Notes under the pieces: model-generated
Told to the model about the DNA's origin: nothing
Database searches by the model: none
Seen by the model: only the letters and a program-made list of their open reading frames with translations
Shown here: positions 21,184-32,012 of the stretch, piece by piece
How positions within the stretch are numbered: position 1 is the first letter of the stretch
Layout: each line of letters opens with the position of its first letter
Assembly: GCA_963727445.1 (NCBI GenBank)
Contig: CAVSGI010000015.1
Span: 224,001-288,000 of the forward strand
Reading direction: 5' to 3'
DNA: 64,000 nucleotides
Source: an uncultured delta proteobacterium
GTDB lineage: Bacteria; Myxococcota_A; Polyangia; Polyangiales; B10-G4
Translations under genes and position numbers: made by a program

Positions 21184-21402
21184 GGGGACGGTCTACACTT
21201 TTCAACTTTCGCCCCCCCAACGCGGACCGCCCCCCCCCAATGGGGACGGTCTGCACTTTTCAACTTTTGGCCCCTCCCACTGCCCGGGTTGGCGGAGAAA
21301 GTTGAAAAGTGCAGACCGTCCCCGTTTCTTTGGGTTGGCGGAGAAAGTTGGTCCCCGTTTCTTTGGGTTGGCGGAGAAAGTTGAAAAGTGCAGACCGTCC
21401 CC
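21184..21402. repeat. Cluster of a 26-bp AT-rich REP-like unit in direct and inverted orientation
   Basis: GGGGACGGTCTRCACTTTTCAACTTT at 21184-21209 and 21242-21267. Reverse complement at 21298-21323 and 21377-21402. An internally deleted copy lies at about 21344-21356. Confidence 0.9.
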
Positions 21403-21557
21403 GTTTTTTTGTGTTTGGGGTTCTTTTCGGGCATGTCGGGGGGAGTAGGAGGGTGTAGGACATGCACGCACAGGCGACCCCGGACTGCCGCTCACAGCAT
21501 CAGCTGAACCTGCGACTGCTTCGGTACACGGCGTCCCCGCAGCGGGAAGAGCCAGTG

Positions 21558-23516
21558 ATGCTCGCGCAGGATCTCCTCGCCGCCCGCCGGGCGATGGACG
21601 CCCTCGAGGTGGTGGAGACAGCGATGGAGCGGGAGCCCGACGACGCGGACCTGCTCCTCACGCTCGGCGTAGCGCTCCTCGAGAGCGGCGAGATGGAGTG
21701 GGCGCGCCGCGTCCTGGTGCAGGCCGTCCAGGTCGAGCCCGAGTGGTCCGAGCCCTGGCGGTGGCTCGGCGAGACCCTGCTCAAGACCGGCGACCAGAGC
21801 CGCGCCATCCGCGCTCTCGAACGGGCGAAGAGCCTCGAAGGCGCCGACCCCGCCGTCGAGAAGCTGCTCAAGAGCATCACGCGCTGGGACGACGTGAGCC
21901 GGCGACTTTCGCGCTTCCTCGAGCGGCCCGAGCTGGTCGACCCGGCGCTCCTGCTTCAAGACCTCCTGGACGACGGGCGCATCGACGAAGCGGAGCGGGT
22001 GCTCCAGATCGCTCTGGCCGAGGATGAAGAGGATCCGGACCTCTTGCTGCTGCGGAGCCGCGTGGAGCGGGCGCGCGGCGATCTCGACGCTGCACGCGTG
22101 TCGCTGCGTCGTGCCACCGAGCTCGACCCGGGCTGGGAAGAGGCTTGGAGCGACCTCGAATCGCTGCTGCTCGAGATGGGCGACGAAGACGCGGCGCGGC
22201 AAATCGCGATCGCTGCGAAGGAGGCCGAGCGTGCTGCCCTCGAGGAGGCGCTGGCCGAGCGGGTGGCGCGCGAGAAGGCGCTCGCCGAGCAGCGGGCGCG
22301 GGAAGAGCGGCTGAGGCTCGAGGAGAAGCGCGCGGAAGAAGAGCGCGCGAAGGCCGCCGCGGAAGAGGAGCGCCAGCGACGAGAGGAGGCGGCCTTAGAG
22401 GAGCGCCAGCGACGAGAGGCGGCGGCGGAAGAGGAGCGCCAGCGGCAGATCGAGGAGTCGCGCAAGATGCAGGCTGTTCTCGCGCGCGCGGCGAAGGAAG
22501 CCGAAGAAGCCGGAAAGAAGGCGGCCAAGGAGGCGCTTCTCCGTGCGACCGCCGACGCCCGCGCAGCGGCGGCGCGTCGCGCGGCCGAAGAGCGCGCGAA
22601 GAAGGAAGCCGCCGAGCGCGCGGTGCGCGAAGCCGAGGAGCGCGAAGAGGCGCGCATCGCCGAGGAGCAGCGCAAGAAGGCCGAAGCGTTTCAGCGCGCG
22701 TGGGAGGAAGCGGAGCGTGAAGCGCGGCAGCGCATCGCGCAGATGCGTGCCCAGAAGGAAGAGGACGACGCGCGCCGGCGCGAGGAAGAGGCGCACCTGG
22801 TGAAGGTGCAGGCCGAGCAGGAGGAGCTCGCCGAGGGGCTGCGGCGCGCGCGCGAAGCGATCTGGCAGCAGGCGAAGATCGAAGCCGTGCGGCGCATGCG
22901 CGATTCGGAGGCGCCGTGCCCAAAGGACGTGCAGACGGCGGCCTTCGCGCGGGCGCGAGAGGAGCTCGAGGCCGAAGCGCGGCGCGAAGCGCGCGCGGCG
23001 GCGGAGCGGCGCCGGCGCGAAGCGGAGGAGCGCAAGCAGGCGGCGGAGGAGGCGCGCAGCAGGGCCGAGGCGCTCGAGCGGGCGCGGGCAGCCGCGCGCC
23101 AGCAGCGGCTCTGGGAGGCGAGCAGCGAGTCGCGACAGGCAGCGGCCAGCCGCGCGCTGGCGCTGGCGGCCAAGATGGCCGAGGACGCACGCGAGCGGCT
23201 GAGCACGACGGTCGCGAGCCCGGACGCGGACGAGCCGGTCTTCGAGCTGGCCTCGCTCCGCACCATGGCGCCGACGATCTCGGCCACCGAGGTGGACGAA
23301 ATGCTCGACGATCTCCTCGGCACCTTCGAGGAGAACGGGCCCGGCGACACGCTTCCCGGAATGCCAATTCCCGGCGAGCTCGACGGCGGTGTGGGAATGA
23401 GGCAGAGCTCGGTGGGGCTTCGGCTCCGAGAGGACCTGGCGGTCCCCTATCAGCCCGCGGGGCCGCTCCACGACACCGCCGTCGGCATCCCAGCGGCGCT
23501 CGAGACGCTGCACTGA
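21558..23516 (+). CDS. TPR protein with a long E/R/K/A-rich helical region and an acidic disordered tail
   Basis: TPR-like units (EPDDADLLLTLG, EPEWSEPWRWLG, LDPGWEEAW) followed by about 300 aa of EEERQRR-type sequence. Start is approximate. Confidence 0.8.
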   Translation: MLAQDLLAARRAMDALEVVETAMEREPDDADLLLTLGVALLESGEMEWARRVLVQAVQVEPEWSEPWRWLGETLLKTGDQSRAIRALERAKSLEGADPAVEKLLKSITRWDDVSRRLSRFLERPELVDPALLLQDLLDDGRIDEAERVLQIALAEDEEDPDLLLLRSRVERARGDLDAARVSLRRATELDPGWEEAWSDLESLLLEMGDEDAARQIAIAAKEAERAALEEALAERVAREKALAEQRAREERLRLEEKRAEEERAKAAAEEERQRREEAALEERQRREAAAEEERQRQIEESRKMQAVLARAAKEAEEAGKKAAKEALLRATADARAAAARRAAEERAKKEAAERAVREAEEREEARIAEEQRKKAEAFQRAWEEAEREARQRIAQMRAQKEEDDARRREEEAHLVKVQAEQEELAEGLRRAREAIWQQAKIEAVRRMRDSEAPCPKDVQTAAFARAREELEAEARREARAAAERRRREAEERKQAAEEARSRAEALERARAAARQQRLWEASSESRQAAASRALALAAKMAEDARERLSTTVASPDADEPVFELASLRTMAPTISATEVDEMLDDLLGTFEENGPGDTLPGMPIPGELDGGVGMRQSSVGLRLREDLAVPYQPAGPLHDTAVGIPAALETLH

Positions 23517-23537
23517 GCCGAGTGGTAGCTTGGCGCT

Positions 23538-24525
23538 GTGGGGTCTCGCCGGCCGACGCTCTCGCTCCTCTACGCACCTGACGCTTCGGCGATCCCGGGT
23601 ACGCTGACCCTCGGCGTCGAGCTCGGCCGCGAGCGTGTGGTCGGCCGCAGCCCCGACGCCGACATGGTGATCCCCGACCCCCGCGTCTCGCGGCGCCACG
23701 CCATCGTGCGTTGGGACGGCGAGCGCGTGATGATCGAGGATCTGAGCCAGAACGGCACCTCGATCGACGGGGCGCGCTTTGCGTCCGGGGAGGTGGTCGA
23801 CGGGGACGTGCTGCGTTTCGGCGACTCGTTCGTGATCCTGCGTTTCACCGAGGATCCGGACGAGGGCGACGCGGACGTGGAGCAGATCAACGGCATCGGG
23901 CCGGCCATGCGCGCGGTGCGACGGGCCGTGGCCGAGGCGGCGAAGACGAGCGCGCCCGTGCGGATCGGTGGCCCGCCCGGCGTGGGCAAGCGCGCGATCG
24001 GGCGTGTCATCCACGAGCGAAGCGGTCGGCCCGGGGAGCTTGTCTGCGTCGACGCGCAAGCCGGCGAAGAGCTGGCGGCCGGGGTGGTGGAGGCGGGGGA
24101 AGGCACTGTCTATTACGCCAACGTCGAGGCCCTGGAGGACGGGGATCGGGCCATCCTGCGGTCAGCGCCCCGGGCGCGGATCCTCGTCGGCACCCGCGTG
24201 ACCTTCGACGCGCTGGAGCTCTTCGGACACGAGATTCGTGATACCGCCGCTTCGCGCGCGTCGGGAGGACATCCTGCCCTACGTCCAGCGCATCACCGGC
24301 CGCCCGCTCGTCGACTTCGACCCCGAGCTGGTGGGGGGGCTGCTCCGCCACCTCTGGCCCTACAACGTGCGCGAGCTCTCGAAGGTCGCGCGCGCCCTCA
24401 CCGCCCGCGGCCGCGGCGAGCCCAAGCTCTCTCTCGAGCTGATCCAGGACGGCCTGGCCTTCATCGGCGGCGCCGCCGACCAGACCCTCCCCGCCACCGA
24501 GCTGCGGCTCGATGGAGACGAGTGA
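23538..24525 (+). CDS. FHA + degenerate sigma-54-activator-like AAA+ protein; one +1 frameshift at about 24235
   Basis: FHA: GRSP...DPRVSRRHA...SQNGT. Walker A GPPGVGK. Removing one base from GAG ATT C GTG gives EIVIPPLRARREDI...WPYNVREL. Confidence 0.75.
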
Positions 24526-24574
24526 CGCGCGCGTTGCCGTTTCGATCGTCGGCACCCCCGCCTGGTACTCCTTC

Positions 24575-25084
24575 TTACTGCGTGCCGTGAAGCGGACGGG
24601 CCAGCCCGTCGACGACCTCGACCTCGTCGATCGTCTCGAAGACCCGAGGCGCAACCTTGATCTTGGTGTCGCGGCCACCGCCGCCGACGACGACCCAGGG
24701 CCGAGCCATGACACGCGCGTCCACGTAGATGGGAAGACCCTCGGGGAGGGCGAAGGGCGTGACGCCTCCGACGATCATGCCGGTGAGGGCGTGCATCTGT
24801 TCGGCGCTCGCGAAGGAGCAGCGGCGAACGCCCATCAGCTTGCGCATGCGCTTGTTCACGTCGAGTCGATCCGTCGACAGCACGAGACCCAGCGCGTAGA
24901 CGGTGGGCTCGACCCTCTTCGAGGCGACCAGGATCGCGTTCGCCGAGCTCTCGAGTGGCACGTCGTAGCGCGTGCAGAAGTCGGCGGTGTCCGCGAGGTC
25001 GGGATCGATCTCCATCACCTCGTGCGCGATGCCGCGTTCGCCCAGCCAGGCCAGCACGCGATTCCGTGGTTCTTCGTCGGACAT
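24575..25084 (-). CDS. YbaK/EbsC/ProX-family aminoacyl-tRNA editing-like protein
   Basis: LADTADFC, SANAILV, SFASAE, LTGMIVGGVTPFALP and GGG.R..K motifs. Confidence 0.85.
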   Translation of the reverse strand: MSDEEPRNRVLAWLGERGIAHEVMEIDPDLADTADFCTRYDVPLESSANAILVASKRVEPTVYALGLVLSTDRLDVNKRMRKLMGVRRCSFASAEQMHALTGMIVGGVTPFALPEGLPIYVDARVMARPWVVVGGGGRDTKIKVAPRVFETIDEVEVVDGLARPLHGTQ

Positions 25085-25176
25085 GGGGACATGGTGGCAC
25101 GCGCTTTGGAAGAGCTCCGAAGCGCGTGTTCGACCTCTTTCAAATCACGGTTTTGCGGACTCTGGTCCGCCGCCTC

Positions 25177-27486
25177 GTGCCCTCGCGACGTCACGGTGCG
25201 TTGCTTCTCTGGGCGATCGTCGCCGGCGTCTTCACACTGCTGCCCGCTGTCGGCACTGTGCACGCCCAGGACACCTGGACCACGCCCCATCCCGGGATCC
25301 GCATGCTCGACCGGCGCGCCGCAGGGCCGCGGCGCATCCACGCCCTCGTCGTCGACCTCTGTCGTGCCGGCGTCTCGATCCGCGCCACGCGGCGCAGCGA
25401 GAGAGGCCAGACGCCCTCCTCCTTCGGCAGCTCGGTGAACGCCGAAGCCGCGATCAACGGCGACTTCTTCAGCTACGCGACCTACGACCCGAGCGGTGCC
25501 GCCATCGGCAACGGCGAGGCGTGGAGCCACGCCGACTCCTCCCGCAACGGCTTCCTCGCCTTCGGGCGCGAACAGGTCGATCTCTCGCCGCCCGCCGAGG
25601 TCCACGATCCACTCCCCGCCTGGGCGCAGCAACTCGTGAGCGGCCACCCCCAGATCCTCCGCGGCGGCTCCGTGGTCTCGCAGACCAGCGACCTGTGCAC
25701 CGCACGTCATCCGCGCAGCGCCGCCGGCCTGAGCCGCGATCGACAGACCCTCTACCTGATGGTCGTCGACGGACGCACGAGCTCCAGCATCGGGATGACC
25801 TGCGCCGAGGAGGCGCGCTTCCTTCGCGAGCTCGGCGCCTGGGACGCGATGAACCAGGACGGCGGTGGCTCGAGCGCCATGTGGGTGCGCGGTCGAGGCA
25901 TCGTGAACCACCCCTCCGACGGTGTGACACGCGTGGTCGGTAACCACCTCGCCATCCAGGCCGACGGCGGCAACGGCCTCGCTGCCTCGTGTCGGCCCTG
26001 GGAGCCCTACGAAGCGGCGGGCATGGCTCAGGCCTTCGAATCATCGACCACCACCGACATCGATGGCGACGGACGCGCCGACCTCTGCGCACGCGCGGCC
26101 GCCGGTATTCGATGCCGCCTCGCCGCGGGCGGCGCGTTCGATTTCGATCCCACCGAGATCATCGGCCCCGGCCTCTCCGACGACCACGGCTGGCAGGACC
26201 CGTCGAACCACCGCACCATCGCCTTCGGCGACGTCACAGGCGACGGACGCGCCGACCTCTGCGCGCGCGCCAACGCCGGCATGCGCTGCTGGCCTTCCAC
26301 CGGTGACGGCTTCTCGAGCCCGGCGATCGAAGGCCCGGAGCTCTCCGACGACCGCGGCTGGGACGCCCTCGACCGTTACGCGACGATCCGCCTCGCCGAC
26401 GTGAGCGGCGATGGCATCGCCGACCTCTGCGCGCGCGGGGCGGCCGGTTTCCGCTGCTTCACCTCCACCGGCGACGGCTTCGGTCCGTCCTGGTCGCCGA
26501 TCGCCGCCCTCTCCGACGACGAAGGCTTCTCGGAGGACGCGCACTGGTCCACGATCCGCATGGGCGACATCGATCACGACGGGCGCATGGACGTCTGCGC
26601 GCGCTCGGTGGACGGCGTCCTCTGCTTCCGTTCCCTGGGCGACGCCTTCGAGGAGACCCCGGTGATGGGCCCCGGCTGGTCGGACATGCACGGCTGGGCG
26701 AAGCCCGAGCACTCCCTCACCTTTCGCGTGGTCGACGTCGACGGGGATGGGCGCGCCGACGTCTGCGCCCGCGCCGCCGCCGGCTTCCGCTGTCACCTGT
26801 CGACCGGCGACGGCTTCGGCCCCGCGATCGCGCTCGACGCCATGAAGAACGAGGGCGGCTGGAACGCCATCGAGTACTACACGACGATCCGCCTCGCCGA
26901 CATCGACGGAGACGGTGACCGCGACGTCTGCGCACGCGCCGCGCGCGGCATCCTCTGCTGGCCCTTCGAAGAGGGCGGTTGGGGAGCGCGCATCGAGGGC
27001 CCCACGCTCGCCGACGACGTGGGCTGGGCGCGCGCCGCCCACTACCGCACGATCCGCTTCGCCGATCTCGATGGCGATGGCGACGAGGACCTCTGCGCCC
27101 GCGCGGCTGTGGGTATGTTGTGCTGGTCCTCCGGCCCCGATGGCTTCGGCGCGCGGATCGCGGGGCCCGAATGGAGCAACGACGCCGGCTGGGCACGCCC
27201 CCGCTTCCACGAGACGCTGCGCTTCGCCTCGCCGCCGCCGGTGGTCGAGAGCGAGCCCCCGCCGCCACCCAGCGGCGACGACGCGAGCGTCCCACCCCCG
27301 CCCCCCGGCGACGACGCTGGCGTGGGGATGGGCACGGCCGACGGCGGAGTCGCACCGCCGATCGACGGCGACGAGCCGATCACCGGCGGATGCAGCGCAG
27401 CGGCCAGCCCTACGACCGAGCCAGCCTTCCTCCTGATCCTCCTCGCCCTCACGGGCGCACGCCGGCGCCGGCGACGCCGCCGCTGA
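25177..27486 (+). CDS. Secreted phosphodiester glycosidase (NAGPA-like) + seven FG-GAP/VCBS-like repeats + MYXO-CTERM-like anchor
   Basis: AAINGDFF, RHPRSAAG, VVDGR and AMNQDGGGSS; seven D.DGDG..D.CAR repeats; GGCSA-hydrophobic-RRRRRRR tail. Start is approximate. Confidence 0.85.
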   Translation: MPSRRHGALLLWAIVAGVFTLLPAVGTVHAQDTWTTPHPGIRMLDRRAAGPRRIHALVVDLCRAGVSIRATRRSERGQTPSSFGSSVNAEAAINGDFFSYATYDPSGAAIGNGEAWSHADSSRNGFLAFGREQVDLSPPAEVHDPLPAWAQQLVSGHPQILRGGSVVSQTSDLCTARHPRSAAGLSRDRQTLYLMVVDGRTSSSIGMTCAEEARFLRELGAWDAMNQDGGGSSAMWVRGRGIVNHPSDGVTRVVGNHLAIQADGGNGLAASCRPWEPYEAAGMAQAFESSTTTDIDGDGRADLCARAAAGIRCRLAAGGAFDFDPTEIIGPGLSDDHGWQDPSNHRTIAFGDVTGDGRADLCARANAGMRCWPSTGDGFSSPAIEGPELSDDRGWDALDRYATIRLADVSGDGIADLCARGAAGFRCFTSTGDGFGPSWSPIAALSDDEGFSEDAHWSTIRMGDIDHDGRMDVCARSVDGVLCFRSLGDAFEETPVMGPGWSDMHGWAKPEHSLTFRVVDVDGDGRADVCARAAAGFRCHLSTGDGFGPAIALDAMKNEGGWNAIEYYTTIRLADIDGDGDRDVCARAARGILCWPFEEGGWGARIEGPTLADDVGWARAAHYRTIRFADLDGDGDEDLCARAAVGMLCWSSGPDGFGARIAGPEWSNDAGWARPRFHETLRFASPPPVVESEPPPPPSGDDASVPPPPPGDDAGVGMGTADGGVAPPIDGDEPITGGCSAAASPTTEPAFLLILLALTGARRRRRRRR

Positions 27487-27519
27487 AGCCCAGGGCCCCG
27501 ATGCGCTACGATCCGCCGT

Positions 27520-28785
27520 GTGAGACTCGACGCCACGGCGCTCGCCATCGCGGTCCTGGCCCTCGGAGGCTGCTCCGGGGAGGGCGGCTTCACGCTGAGC
27601 GTCGACGTCCGCACGGATCTGAACCCCGGCGTGGACTTCGTGCGCGTGGAGACGCTCGACGCCGCGGAGCCGATCGCCACCGTTTCCACACCCGAGATGG
27701 TGCGCTTCACCGACTTCGCAGGGGCCGACTTCGTCGCGGGTGAGCGCGTCGCCGAGCTCGATGGCCTGCCGCGAGGCACGCGCTACGTCGAGGTGCGCCT
27801 GGTGGACAGCGTCGGTGGCACCGTCCTTTCGCGCACGACGCTCCTCGAGTTGACGAGCAACTACGCGGTGACCCTGGTCCTGTCGAGTGCCTGCACCGGC
27901 GTCGTCTGCCCGAGCGCGAGCGATCCCGCGTCGGCCACGGCGTGCCAGGGCGGCGCGTGCGTCGACCCTCGCTGCACGCCCGAAGACCCGACGCATTGCG
28001 GCGAGCCCCAGTGCACGACGAACACCGAGTGCGCCGCCAGCGGCTGCCGCGCCGGCATCTGCGGCGACGGGGTGTGCCTGCTCTCGCCCGACGACTCCCT
28101 CTGCGGCGACGGCGAGAGCTGCCAGCCCGACGGAAGCTGCATCACCACGGCGGTGGACTCGGGCGCGCCCGACACCGGAGCGCCCGACGCCGTCGTGGAC
28201 AGCGGAGTGCCGAGCACCACCGGCTCCTTCTGCCCCGACGCGCCGCTGCTGCGCCAGCAGCTGGCGGCCTTCCTCGTGCGCTACATGCACGGCGTCGACT
28301 TCCGCTCCCCGGCCGCCACCGGCGTCTTCACCGACGTCCCCACCTCCTCACCCTACGCCGCCGACATCGAGCAGCTCGCGCGCGACGGCATCACCATGGG
28401 GTGTGGCACCGACATCTTCTGCCCCACCGATCCCGTGCTCCGCGATCAGGCCGCCACCTTCCTGGTCCGCGCGCGCTACGGGCCGAGCTTCCGACCTCCG
28501 GCCGCCACCGGCGTCTTCACCGACGTCCCCCTCAGCAACGTCCACGCCGCAAACATCGAGCAGATCTACCGCGACGGGATCACGCTCGGATGCGGCACCA
28601 ACCTCTACTGCCCCTCGGACCCGCTGTTGCGCCGGCACTTCGCCGTCTTCCTGGTGCGCCTGATCTACGGCCCGTCCTATGTGCCCCCTGCACCCATCGG
28701 GCTCTTCAGCGACGTCGACCCCACCGATTCGCAAGCGCCCTACATCGAGAAGCTCGCCTTCGATGGCTTCACACGCGGCTGCTGA
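27520..28785 (+). CDS. Cys-rich lipoprotein with C-terminal SLH-like repeats
   Basis: Lipobox LGGC and a Cys-rich middle. 63-aa repeats FTDVP...IEQ...DGIT.GC...CP..P..R...A.FLVR; a 33-bp DNA identity at 28309-28341 and 28498-28530. Confidence 0.8.
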   Translation: MRLDATALAIAVLALGGCSGEGGFTLSVDVRTDLNPGVDFVRVETLDAAEPIATVSTPEMVRFTDFAGADFVAGERVAELDGLPRGTRYVEVRLVDSVGGTVLSRTTLLELTSNYAVTLVLSSACTGVVCPSASDPASATACQGGACVDPRCTPEDPTHCGEPQCTTNTECAASGCRAGICGDGVCLLSPDDSLCGDGESCQPDGSCITTAVDSGAPDTGAPDAVVDSGVPSTTGSFCPDAPLLRQQLAAFLVRYMHGVDFRSPAATGVFTDVPTSSPYAADIEQLARDGITMGCGTDIFCPTDPVLRDQAATFLVRARYGPSFRPPAATGVFTDVPLSNVHAANIEQIYRDGITLGCGTNLYCPSDPLLRRHFAVFLVRLIYGPSYVPPAPIGLFSDVDPTDSQAPYIEKLAFDGFTRGC

Positions 28786-28795
28786 CGGCGGCGCT

Positions 28796-29296
28796 CTAAT
28801 CGTACGACGCGCCGATCCGCCGCTGGCGGTTGGCGATGCGCTCGTGCTCGGCGAGTAGCGCCCGGCGGACGTCGGGAGGAACCGAGTCGTGGAGCGAGAT
28901 GCGGTAGCCAGCGTCCGAGTCCTCCATCACCACGTAGGCCTCGCGCCGATCGGGATCGGGATAGACGTGAACACGATCGCCGACGCGGGCGATACGCAGC
29001 TGGTCCTTGCCGGCGGCGACGGTGCCGAAGACGTAGCCCGCGAGCGCCTCCGAATGCGGCCCCTCCCAGTCGGAGAAGCACGCGTGATAAGTCGCCTCGT
29101 CCTGCAGCTCGAAACTGCCGCGGCTGCGCATGTGCCGCTGCACTTCCTCCTGCGTCATGTCGGCGACGCCAAAGGAGCCGAGGAGCGTGTGGATGGTGGC
29201 TTCGGGTGTGTCGAAACGCACGTCCCGCGGGGTGGAATCGCAGGCCGCGATCACCGCCAGAAGAGCCACGATAACCACGCTCTTCGCTGCTCGCAT
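28796..29296 (-). CDS. Hypothetical lipoprotein
   Basis: [19 protein letters not shown] lipobox. Only the 3' part of the track ORF 28796..30427 looks genuine. Confidence 0.7.
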   Translation of the reverse strand: MRAAKSVVIVALLAVIAACDSTPRDVRFDTPEATIHTLLGSFGVADMTQEEVQRHMRSRGSFELQDEATYHACFSDWEGPHSEALAGYVFGTVAAGKDQLRIARVGDRVHVYPDPDRREAYVVMEDSDAGYRISLHDSVPPDVRRALLAEHERIANRQRRIGASYD

Positions 29297-29371
29297 GCCA
29301 CGGTGATAGCGAGCATCGGAGCTGCCGTCAAAAGGATGACGAGGCCGGATCCGGTGCTTAGCTTTCGAGCC

Positions 29372-31992
<2,621 letters not shown>

Positions 31993-32012
31993 GCTTCTGA
32001 TATCATGGGCGA

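Noticed and set aside
21184..21402. Possible CRISPR array
   Set aside because: The units occur in both orientations, the intervening sequences are repeated or low-complexity rather than unique spacers, and no cas genes are present.
25094..25110. TGGCACGCGCTTTGG as a sigma-54 promoter
   Set aside because: The -12 position reads GG rather than the near-invariant GC.
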